From Octopus sinensis (lineage: Eukaryota): 29,285 nt of DNA. The stretch lies in contig NW_021832964.1 in NCBI RefSeq assembly GCF_006345805.1, positions 1-29,285 on the forward strand. Reading direction: 5' to 3'. The notes under the pieces are model-generated. The model was given only the letters and a program-made list of their open reading frames with translations, was not told the origin of the DNA and did not search any database. The translations under genes and the position numbers were made by a program. Shown piece by piece: positions 9,411-20,111 of the stretch (the stretch's first letter is position 1; each line of letters opens with the position of its first letter).

Positions 9411-9939
9411 CACAAAATATTTTGAAAATAGAAATATATCTCTAAATCTCTCAGAGAGATTTATACAGTAGCAGCACGATAAAGTGATAGTATGTTGTCA
9501 ACTTAATGTGACAGTCCCATGAAAGGGAAGAATGTTACTGTTATTCATCCCTAAGGAATCCCGTTTCCTGTTGGACTTGATACATTTCCTTCTACTGCAT
9601 AAATCTCTCTGAGAGATTTAGAAATAAATTATTTCTATTTTCAAAAATCAGTGAATGTATTTCACTTGAAATTATATATGTTTTCAAAGGCGGATAGTCA
9701 TCGACAGCTAGCAAGCCATGCTACTCCGGACTGATGAAGAGCAATAACTCTGAAACTAGTCTCTGGATGCTGACTTTGCTGGGTGGAGGTGCTTGTCTCC
9801 ACTTTGAAAACATAAGGACACAGGAAATGTGTCAAGTCCAACAGGAAACGGTGTTTCCTAGGGCTAAATAACAGTAGCACTCTTCCCTTTTATGGGACTG
9901 TCGCATTAAGTTGATAACATGCTATCACAAAATATTTTG
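9411..9939. mobile_element. Hammerhead-bearing Penelope-pLTR/retrozyme-like insertion with interleaved inverted segments and 14-bp flanking direct repeat
   Basis: 9420-9471 is the reverse complement of 9592-9646, and 9484-9590 of 9822-9928; cacaaaatattttg occurs at 9411-9424 and 9926-9939; hammerhead at 9725-9767. Confidence 0.7.
9725..9767 (+). ncRNA. Type I hammerhead ribozyme (minimal, palindromic stem III)
   Basis: tccgga-CTGATGA(9731-9737)-agag[caataa]ctct-GAAA(9752-9755)-C-TA-G-TC(9761)-tctgga. 6-bp stem I with one G.U, 4-bp stem II, stem III ACUAGU, GUC cleavage triplet. Confidence 0.82.
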
Positions 9940-10061
9940 CTTAAATAACATTCAACAAATGTGGAAAATAATGAAGAACGCATCGAGAGACGAACAGAAG
10001 AAAAGAAATCGTTTTCAAATAAAAGAAACTATATTTTAGAACTGATCTACTAAGTCCACAA

Positions 10062-10395
10062 ATCTACATGGCTCAGTGGTTAGAGCGTTGAGCTTACGAG
10101 CGTGAGGTTGTGAGTTCAATTCCCTGACCGGGCTGTATGTTGTGTTCTTGAACAAGACACTTTATTTCATGTTATTTCAGTTCACTCAGCTGTAGAAATG
10201 AGTTGTAACGTCACTGGTGCGAAGCTGCATCGGCCCCTTTGCCTTTCTCCTGGATAACATCGGTGGCATAGCGAGGGGAGGATGATATGCATGGGTGACT
10301 GCTGGTCTTCCATAAACAACCTTGTCCCGACTTGTGCCTCGCAGGGTAACTTTCTAGGTGCAATCCCGTGGTCATTTATGACGAAGGGGATCATC
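10062..10395 (+). mobile_element. tRNA-derived SINE family D
   Basis: A box tggctcagtgg (10069-10079) and B box gagttcaattcc (10112-10123), then gttgtgttcttgaacaagacacttt; head similar to 25472-25592. Confidence 0.8.
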
Positions 10396-10613
10396 CTTTT
10401 TTACTAAGGCCTCTATTATATGAAAAATTCTAATGGCTAGTTTGGCTAGTACTTACTCTAAAGACTAGGATAGTGTTTAATGGTGAATTTTCGTAGCGTA
10501 ATTTTAATGCAAACCCGAATAGAAAATAGCATAAAAAGGGCCCATTTCGTAGTTATCTTCCTAAATAAAAACAAAATCACAAGTTAATGTCGAACAATGT
10601 AATAGATATAATT

Positions 10614-11068
10614 GGCCCTTTTGCCCTTTTTGTCTATGCAGATGGTCAATTTAGCTTAGGGGTCACTTAATCGAACATATCAAGGGCTCCCTTTCTTGCA
10701 GCTTCTTTCATGGCTGATCCTTCCTATGACTGAAGCACAGCTTCTGTCACAGTACCTGCATACCAAGAGGGTGGCTCGGCGCTCTGTATTTCTGTTGTTT
10801 TCCTTTCGTCGCTGACGCTTCTCAACTTGTTTGTTTCTGTAGCTGCTCTCTAACGAAGCCGTTCCTTCCTTCACCAAAGTCGTCCATGTTGTTCTGTCTT
10901 CGGCCCTCTCTTCCCATGTGCCGACATCCACCCCACACTTGGACAAACTAGTTTTGCAAGTATCCTTATACCTCAGTTTTGGTTTTCTTCTTGGTCTCTT
11001 GCCCTGGGCCAGTTCTCCAGAGAACAGTTGCTTCGGGATTCGATGGTCATCCATACTCTTGACATGCC
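10614..11068 (-). mobile_element. 3' end of an RTE-clade LINE
   Basis: HVKSMDDHRIPKQLFSGELAQGKRPRRKPKLRYKDTCK..WEERAEDRTTW..CRYCDRSC..GRISHERSC: typical RTE post-RT region with terminal C2HC-type finger. 5' truncated; tail with a repeated aaaagggc. Confidence 0.9.
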
Positions 11069-11236
11069 TTTTACATATTCGTTTTACATATAAATATAAA
11101 ACATGCAGTGTACCATAAAAACGGCAAACTGGTCATGGAGAAAAAAGTAAAAATCATAAATCCAGACTCACTGACGAATGTATTTTCCCGATAAACAATA
11201 ATAAAACTAACAACAACAACAACAAAAACACATATA

Positions 11237-11401
11237 GGTGCAGGAGTGGCTGCGTGGTAAAAGGTTTGCTTCTCAACCACATGGTCCCGGGTTCAGTCCC
11301 ACTGCGTGGCATCTTGGGCAAGTGTCTTTTGCTATAGCCTCAGGCCGACCAAAGCCTTGTGAGTGGATTTGGTAGACGGAAACTGAAAGAAGCCCGTCGT
11401 A

Positions 11402-11465
<64 letters not shown>

Positions 11466-11690
11466 TGTGTGTGTTTGTGTGTCTGTGTTTGTCCCCTAGC
11501 ATTGCTTGACAACAGATGCTGGTGTGTTTATGGTCCCCGTTACTTAGCCGGTTCGGCAAATGAGACCGATAGAATAAGTACTGGGCTTACAAAAGAATAA
11601 GTCCCGGGGTCGAGTCGCTCGATTAACGGCGGTGCTCCAGCATGGCCGCAGTCAAATGACTGAAACAAGTAAAAGAGTAAGAGTAAAGAG
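11237..11690 (+). mobile_element. SINE family B, full length
   Basis: A box tggctgcgtgg, B box ggttcagtcc, internal (TA)n, tail gaaacaagtaaaagagtaagag. Confidence 0.93.
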
Positions 11691-11694
11691 TATA

Positions 11695-11849
11695 GGTGCA
11701 GGAGTGGCTGTGTGGTAAAAGGTTTGCTTCTCAACCACATGGTCCCGGGTTCAGTACCACTGCGTGGCATCTTGGGCAAGTGTCTTTTGCTATAGCCTCA
11801 GGTTGACCAAAGTGGATTTGGTAGACCGAAACTGAAAGAAGCCCGTCGC

Positions 11850-11896
<47 letters not shown>

Positions 11897-12170
11897 TGTG
11901 TGTATGTGTGTGTGGGTCTGTGTGTGTATACATGTATTTATTTATTTCCATGTCTGTGTGTGTTTGTCGCCTTACCATCGCTTGACAACCGATGTTGGTG
12001 TGTTTGCGTCCCCGTAACTTAACAACGGCTCAGCAAAAAGAGACCGATAGAATAAGTACTAGGCTTTCGAAGGGTAAGTCCTGGGGTCGACTTGTTCGAC
12101 TAAAAAGGCGGTGCTCCAGCATGGACGCAGTCAAATGAGTGAAACAAATAAAAGAGAAAAAGAATAAAGA
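11695..12170 (+). mobile_element. SINE family B, tandem second copy
   Basis: Starts a few bases after the previous copy; internal (TG)n. Confidence 0.92.
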
Positions 12171-12189
12171 CCAAATTACAGAAAGAACA

Positions 12190-12696
12190 TACGCTAAAGG
12201 TAAAAAGCTTATAATGGAGTTTCTAGCCTCCATCCCAAAGTTAATATAAAGATAATAAACTTTGAGGTAGGACACTAAAAAGGAACTATTATCAAGTGAT
12301 ATGTGGCACTAGAACTATTACAAATGGGTATGTAGGACTTGAAATATACTTAGAAGCAATCAATAGGATATTCACCACTATAATATGTGAACATTAAGAA
12401 TGAAAAAATAGGTGAAAGGTTCTTTTCTGTAGATAAGTAGCAATAAAGATATATATAGGAAACTATTTACACTGGAAGAAAGGATTTAGATAAAGAAAAA
12501 AACAGTAGAAATTTTTTGAAAAATAAATAAATAGGCGCAGGAGTGGCTGTGTGGTAAGTAGCTTGTTTACCAACCACATGGTTCCGGGTTCAGTCCCACT
12601 GCGTGGCACCTTGGGCAAGTGTCTTCTACTATAGCCTCGGGCCGACCAAAGCCTTGTGAGTGGATTTGGTAGACGGAAACTGAAAGAAGCCCGTCG

Positions 12697-12733
<37 letters not shown>

Positions 12734-13110
12734 TGTGTGTTTGTGTGTCAGTGTTTGTCCCCTAGCATTGCTTGACAAACCGATGCTGGTTGTTTTATGT
12801 CCCCGATACTTAGCGGTTCGGGAAAAAGACCGATAGAATAAGTACTGGGCTTACAAAAGAATAAGTCCCGGGGTCGAGTTGCTCGATTAAAGGCGGTGCT
12901 CCAGCATGGCCACAGTCAAATGACTGAAACAAATAAAAGAGTAAAAAGAGTAAATCGGAAACCTAAAGCAAATCATGACTAATATTTCGTAAGACTGGAC
13001 AGAGAACAAGTGACAGCCTTCAAGGGCAAAAGAAAGCTCTCGGTAAAAAAAAAAAATGCTCTCAGACAGAATGGTTGGTTTTAGCTGCGCAGGACCAATG
13101 CCGAGCCATA
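12190..13110 (+). pseudogene. Highly decayed R4/Dong-like LINE fragment interrupted by SINE B
   Basis: Residual motifs LHPKVNI, VGLEIYLE, and after the SINE QTEWLVLAAQDQC, in the same order as the LHP..DIDRLY / ETE..LAAQDQ region of copy 2. Confidence 0.5.
12534..12950 (+). mobile_element. SINE family B, full length
   Basis: A/B boxes, internal (TA)n and 3' tail as in the other copies. Confidence 0.93.
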
Positions 13111-13957
13111 AGTAATCTGCATGAACAAAACAAGGACAGAGTATTGAAAGCAGGTAAACTTCACGAAATCATATAACCAGAGGTGGCCGTTTGGAGGAAG
13201 AAAAGATATTTAGGGTTTCGGGGCTGAAGCTGAAATATGGAGAAATAGATTGTCAACTAATGGCTTGTATGGTGTCAAGTCGATGTTTCATCTATTTTCG
13301 ATAAAATGGTTCTGTTCCGCAACCTTAAGTTTTTCTTCCCCCATCATATATGAACATATTCCAGCATTTCCCAAATAAGTCCTTCCCATCTTCAAGAGAC
13401 AGTGTAGGTTGACTTTAAGGCATAGTTTTGCTGCTATTACTAGCAGATTCGAATGAACACTTATAGATTCTCTCAATGGTATTTAAGCAATGTCTAATCA
13501 AATCTCATTATGATTTCTGCTAGTCTGTAAGACAGCCAGACAGACAGACAGCTAGACAGGCAGACAGACAGACAGAAGGGCAGACAGACAGACAGACTGG
13601 ATCTACAGACAGGGAGAACTAACCATTTTAATCTTGATGTCTCGTCTTTAATATCGCCTCCCGCTGCAGATATTCTGTACTCTCCATACCATCCACCCGG
13701 AGTAACTACAAACCAATCTCGGGTGGTTGGTATGGTGAGATAAAAGGGGTTTCAGATCAGTCAAATGGTTGTTAAAGATGAGAGCCTCGTCAAGCTGTTG
13801 TTGTTGCTTTTAACAGTTCCGATCCAGCAGATACGAGATGATCAAAAATATTCCAACCGTGACCACCACATCTTATTCTAGATATAGTCTACCACGACTA
13901 GATTATTCGATGAGTCCTGCCTATAAAAAAGCAGTAGTGTGTGTGTGTGTGTGTGTG

Positions 13958-13988
<31 letters not shown>

Positions 13989-14156
13989 GTGTGTGTGTGT
14001 GTGTGTGTTGTGATATCTAATAAAATTTTAGTTGCTATTTTTTGATGAGTGACCATGTAGAAGCTTCTGCAGCGGCTTCTTACTTTATAGCTACTGTTGT
14101 TTGACCAAGGGCTAAACAAGCGATCAGGTATATGTTTAAAAGCATCCCAACCTTGA

Positions 14157-14244
14157 TCATTCGATCATTCGAGCATTCGATCATTCGAGCATTCGATCAT
14201 TTGAGCATTCGAGCATTTGAGCATTCGATCCATCGAGCATTCCG
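14157..14244. repeat. 8-bp tandem repeat (KCATTYGA) x11
   Basis: tcattcga/gcattcga units read directly. Confidence 0.9.
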
Positions 14245-14919
14245 CTACGCACAACCCAATATATTTTCTCTAAAACTACAATAACCAAGGAGCCCCATAT
14301 GTATAAAAATCAAACGGTGATGTGAAGTGAAGGACATTTTACTGTTAGTCCCGACATGTTGAACGACCCTGTAGCGTCCCATTTTCGTTGGCTTGTCTCA
14401 GTCCAGTACAAGTTGATTAGCGGAGGCGCCATGTTCATTCGAGACAGTCATTTAAAACCCGACCACTGAATGTATAGTCTTTCATACACTAACAACAACG
14501 TACGCTATTCAATAAAGATATTAAATATCCGGATAGAGATGAGACAAAAAAATATTTCTTGGCAGGAACTGAACCTTGAGCAAACATTCTCTCAAGTCTT
14601 TAAGCACTTCAACTAATCGCTCCAGGGGTGCATTCTTCTGCCCTCAAACTCCAACCCACACACCACGACAGCTTAACGTGTTAGAAGCCTTGATTAAAAT
14701 AAATGAAAAAAAAAACTGAATGTTTATTTATGAAATGTTCTCTGAATGTTGTATTGTGTTTATTAATGGTTCGTATATCAAAATATATGAAGGTCTCGCC
14801 CACGTTATACATTGCAGACAAAAACCTTGGTAGATGTGTGTCTTCGCGGTGGTTATGGGTTGGCATAGATAAACATTTTTCTCATTTCATTTGCACACAA
14901 ATACACGCGTGCACACCCT

Positions 14920-14979
14920 CATACACACAAATACATATGCATATATGTGCGTGTGTGTGTGAGTATGCATGTATTTGTG

Positions 14980-15030
<51 letters not shown>

Positions 15031-15813
15031 ATGTATGTATGTATGTATGTATGTATGTATATATATATATAATATGTGTGTGTGTTGTGTGTGTGTGTGT
15101 TGTGTGTGTGTGTGTGCTATTAGATAAAGAGAGACACAGGGAAAGAGAAAGAGAGAGACATCTATATGCATACATATATACGTATACACAGCTATATATG
15201 GATGGATGAATGGATGTATGTATGTATGTATATATGTGTGTATGTATTATGTATGTGTGTATGTATTATTATGTCTGTCTGTCTGTATGCATGTAAGTAT
15301 GAATGTATGTGTGTGTGTGTATGTATGTATGTATGTATGTATATGTGTATGTATGTATGTGTTTGTATGTATGTATGATTGTATGTGTTTGTATGTATCT
15401 GTGTATGTATGTATGTGTCTATGTATGTATGTGTGTGTGTTTGTATGTATGAATGTATGCATGTGTTTGTATGTATCTGTGTATGTATGTATGTGTTTGT
15501 ATGTATGTGTCTATGTATGTATGTGTGTGTATGTATGTATGTGTGTATGTATGTATGAATGCATGTGTTTGTATGTATGTATATGTGTGTATGTTTATGC
15601 ATGTATGGGTGTGTATGTCTATGTGTGAATGCATATGTATGTATGTATGTGTATGTATGCATGTATGTATGTATGAATGTATGTATGTATGTATGTATGA
15701 ATGTATGTATGTATGTGTATGTATGCATGTATGTATGTATGAATGTATGTATGTATGTATGTATGAATGTATGTATGTATGTATGTATGTATGTATGTAT
15801 GTATGTATGAATG

Positions 15814-15847
<34 letters not shown>

Positions 15848-16010
15848 TGTATGAATGTATGTATGTATGTATGAATGTATGTATGTATGTATGTATGAAT
15901 GTATGTATGTATGTATGTATGTATGTATGTATGTATGTATGTATGTATGAATGTATGTATGTATGTATGTATGTATGTATGCATGTATGTATGTATGAAT
16001 GTATATTGAT
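14920..16010. repeat. Large (TATG)n-dominated microsatellite array
   Basis: Direct reading. Confidence 0.95.
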
Positions 16011-16383
16011 GTACTTTATGCATGACACGAAGCAGAGCTCAATATATTCAAACCACGTCAAACTTATATCCTCCTATAGTACATACTTAACATCCTTCAA
16101 AGCGGCGTATATACCATATATACGTGCGTATATTCAGATTTGTACACCAACCTCCATGCATTGTTTGTATGTATGTATGTATGTATGTATGTATGTATGT
16201 ATGTATGTATATGTATATGCATATAAGTAGATTCGTATGCACGGAAATGTGCGATGTGTATTATTCGCAGTAAGTCAGTAAGTCATTGTACGTGTATGTG
16301 TGTGTACGTGTCTCGAATTTAATAACCTACATTCCTTCTAGCCCCCGCTATCATTCCCGCCTCTCCCTTACCAGCCCCTTTAC

Positions 16384-17295
16384 CATACATACATACATAC
16401 ATACATACATACATACATACATACATACATACATGCATCCATACATACATACATACATACATACATACATTCATATATACATACATACATACATACATAA
16501 ATACATACATACATACATATATACATGCATACATACATACATGCATGCATACATACATACATACATACATACATACATACATACATTCATATATACATAC
16601 ATACATACATACATACATACATACATACATACATACATACATACATACATACATACATACATGCATACATACATACATGCATACATACATACATACATAC
16701 ATAAATACATACATACATACATACATGCATACATACATACATACACACATACATACAAACATAAATACATAGATACATACATACATAAATACATACATAC
16801 ATATGTACATACATTCATACATACATACATACATTCATACATACATAAATACATACATACATACATACATACATACAACATACATACATACATACATACA
16901 TACATACATACATACATACATACATACATTCATACATACATACATACATACATTCATACATACATACATACATTCATACGTACATAATACATACATACAT
17001 ACATACATACATACATACATTCATACATACATAAATACATACATACACACATACATACATACATACATGCATACATGCATACATACATACATACATACAT
17101 ACATACATACATACATACATACATACATTCATACATACATAAATACATACATACACACATACATACATACATACATGCATACATGCATACATACATACAT
17201 ACATACATACATACATACATACATACATGCATACATGCATACATACATACATATACATACATACATACATACATACATACATACATACACACATA
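16384..17295. repeat. Large (CATA)n array, opposite orientation to 14920-16010
   Basis: Direct reading. Confidence 0.95.
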
Positions 17296-17411
17296 CGTGG
17301 ACAGTTTTTTTGTACATTTTTCGCGAACGGAAAATACACCTTTTGTGGCAGTTATAACGAAATTGCTTTTTTATATCAGAGTAATAGGCGTTTCAATAGA
17401 ACATCGTTACC

Positions 17412-17439
17412 CCCGGGAATTACCGGGTACACCAGCTAG
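17412..17439 (+). mobile_element. Helitron 3' terminus (hairpin + CTAG)
   Basis: cccgg-gaatta-ccggg hairpin, 8 nt, CTAG(17436-17439), followed by T. The 5' end was not located. Confidence 0.6.
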
Positions 17440-17540
17440 TACATACATACATACATGCATACATACATACATACATACATACATACATACATACAACATA
17501 CATACATACATATATGTATGTATACACATATATACATACA

Positions 17541-17933
17541 CTAGCAGTATCGCCCGGCGTTGCTCGGGTTTGTAAGGGAAATAATTATATAAGCATTTTT
17601 AGAGATGTAAAGTATAATAGCCATCTCAATATGGCTACCACAAGGGGGAGGGGTGTTACTGTAGCTTTTTCGTTCTGAGATTTAATAATAATTTTAGAGA
17701 GTTACTTCCCTTATATATGTCAAAAATGGATTAAAAATGGGAAAAATTGATGGTAAATTTTTTTTAAAATCGTAGACTCATCGTAGACGCGCGCTAATAC
17801 CCAGACGGTCTCGATATGAATCACGACTATAAGATCCCCGGTTTTGGTTTAAACTGCACCGCAAAATGTGGGAGTAGTTAGGAATCTAAATCGTAGAGAG
17901 ACAGACACACAACCTCACTTTTATATATAAAGA
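17541..17933 (-). mobile_element. Complete non-autonomous Helitron (393 bp)
   Basis: Minus strand begins TC (tctttatatataaaa) after A and ends cccga-gcaacg-ccggg-8 nt-CTAG before T; inserted in an A|T target without TSD. Confidence 0.82.
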
Positions 17934-18093
17934 TTTCCTCTATTTACATAATATTGAGGTCTCTTTCTTTCTTTGTTATCTTACTGTTTTTACCAAATAC
18001 ATATATAATATAATATAAATATATATATAGTTACAGAGATGTACTTGCATAGCAAGTGACTTGATCTAAGATCGTGTGCTGGAACGAAAACAG

Positions 18094-18349
18094 TTGCAAG
18101 CGTTGAAGGTGTTTATAAGCCATTTAAGACACACAAACCGTTAGATTCACTTCAACATTTAAATTTAATTTGTCAAAATATTCTCGTCGCTTTGAGACCG
18201 CGACCTGTTAGCACGATATTTTTGTCAGTGAACAGGTCGCGGTCTCAAAGCGAGGAAAATATTTTGGCAAATTAAATTTAAATGTTGAAGTGAATCTAAC
18301 GGTTTTTGTGTGTTTCTTAAATGGCTTACAAACACCTTCCACGCTGCAA
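18094..18349. mobile_element. Near-perfect palindromic element (~116-119 bp arms, 21-nt spacer), Penelope-like inverted fragment
   Basis: 18094-18209 is the reverse complement of 18231-18349 with a few substitutions and indels; flanked by TA-rich runs. Confidence 0.7.
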
Positions 18350-18371
18350 TATATATATACACACATATATA

Positions 18372-18402
<31 letters not shown>

Positions 18403-18449
18403 GTGTATATGTGTATGCATGTATGTGTGTGTGTGTGTGCGTGTCTGTG

Positions 18450-18650
18450 CTTGTGATTGTCCTCCACCACTGCTTGACAACGAATGTTGGTTTGTTTACA
18501 TCCCTGTCACCTAGTGGTTTGACAAAGGAAACAGATAGAATAAATACAATGCTTACAAAAATAACTGGAGTTGATTCATTAAACTACAATTCTTCAAGCA
18601 TTGCCCCTGCATGGCCACAGACCAATGGCTGGAAAAAGCAGAAGAAAAAA
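18450..18650 (+). mobile_element. Old, diverged 3' half of SINE family B
   Basis: ccactgcttgacaacgaatgttggtttgtttacatccctgtcacctagtgg...gatagaataaatac...gcatggccacag. Confidence 0.7.
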
Positions 18651-18720
18651 GAATACATTCTCTGCTTTGGTCTTATGTTCAAGGCATGAGAAAGCTTGAG
18701 TTTACATGAGAAGGCCTAAC

Positions 18721-19090
18721 AGACCTGGTAGAAACAGCAGCCAAATCTCCCTCAAATCACACCTTACTGTCTTATGTATGTATATATATATGAGCCAATG
18801 AGGGGGACCTCTACATGGTAGCTAGACCTGGTAGAAATAGCAGCCAATTTCCCCCAAATCACACCTTACTGTCTTATCTATGTATATATTTATGTATGAG
18901 CCTATGAGGGAGACCCCTACATGGCAGCTAGACCTGGTAGAAATAGCAGCCAAATTTCCCCCAAATCACACCTTACTGTCTTATCTATGTATATATGTAT
19001 GTATGAGCCTATGAGGGAGACCCCTACATGGCAGCTAGACATGGTAGAAATAGCAGCCAAATCTCCCTCAAATCACACACTTACTGTCTT
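18721..19090. repeat. ~105-bp minisatellite, 3.5 units
   Basis: Units start at 18721, 18824, 18930 and 19037 (agacctggtagaaatagcagccaaa...). Confidence 0.92.
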
Positions 19091-19661
19091 ATCTTTCTGC
19101 TACTTGGATATAGGTGTTATATTCGTCGTAAAAAACTTTCCTGTCACACACTCACGCACACGCACACACAACACACACACACACACGCACCCTCACACAC
19201 ACACACACACGCACACACCCCCACCCACCCACCACACACACGCACGTTAGCTTACAATTTTTATTTATATATTTGCGTGTCTATGTGTTGAAAGAGGAAG
19301 TGGGAGGCAGAGTGAAAGAATTCACTCACTACAGTAAGTCAATTACTTTCATTTTATTTTCGTTGCCCACTGTGTGTGTGCGTTTGCGTGTGCTGTAAAC
19401 CAGACTAAGAAAAGCATTTGACACACACACCAGAATGTGAGTTTTCTGTAAATTTTGCTTAATTGGAGTTTAATTTTAAAAACTGGACCTGGCATGACGC
19501 GATGCATTGTACTCTTAAAATGCAAGGTAAATTGTAATTGAAGAAATCCTATATTGTAGATTTGTATAACTCCCAAAGGGAGGCAGATAAAATCTGCCTT
19601 TTATAATAAGAGATACATACATAATATATGTATACACTAATATATACATACATATATATAT

Positions 19662-19695
<34 letters not shown>

Positions 19696-19935
19696 GATAT
19701 ATATATATATATATATATGTGTGTGTATCAGTGCGTGCGTATGTGTTTTTTTTTTTCTGCGCTCTTTTTTTAATTAACTATTTACCGCACGCTCATACGG
19801 ACCCCTGTGCTTCCAACTGACTTTGGATTACCTAATTTGCGGAATTCTTTCTACCATCGGATTAGATCATCTTATTCGGAGTGTGCCATTTCTGCACCTT
19901 GATTGTGAATAACACACACACGCATATATATATAT

Positions 19936-20070
19936 AGCTTAACTATAGTCTATCCATAGCACTTACTCAGCATTACCTGACTCCTTTGAGTCTTACTGAC
20001 ACTATTACCTCTAATAACATATATATATATATATATATATATATCTATATATATATATATATTATATATA

Positions 20071-20111
<41 letters not shown>

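Noticed and set aside
13288-13476. Minus-strand 62-aa ORF
   Set aside because: No motif I can recognise; possibly another TE relic but unsupported.
14560-14625. Minus-strand tRNA-like head
   Set aside because: Boxes too degenerate to assign to a family.
18721-19090. CRISPR-like repeat array
   Set aside because: Whole units repeat with no unique spacers, the context is eukaryotic, and there are no cas genes.
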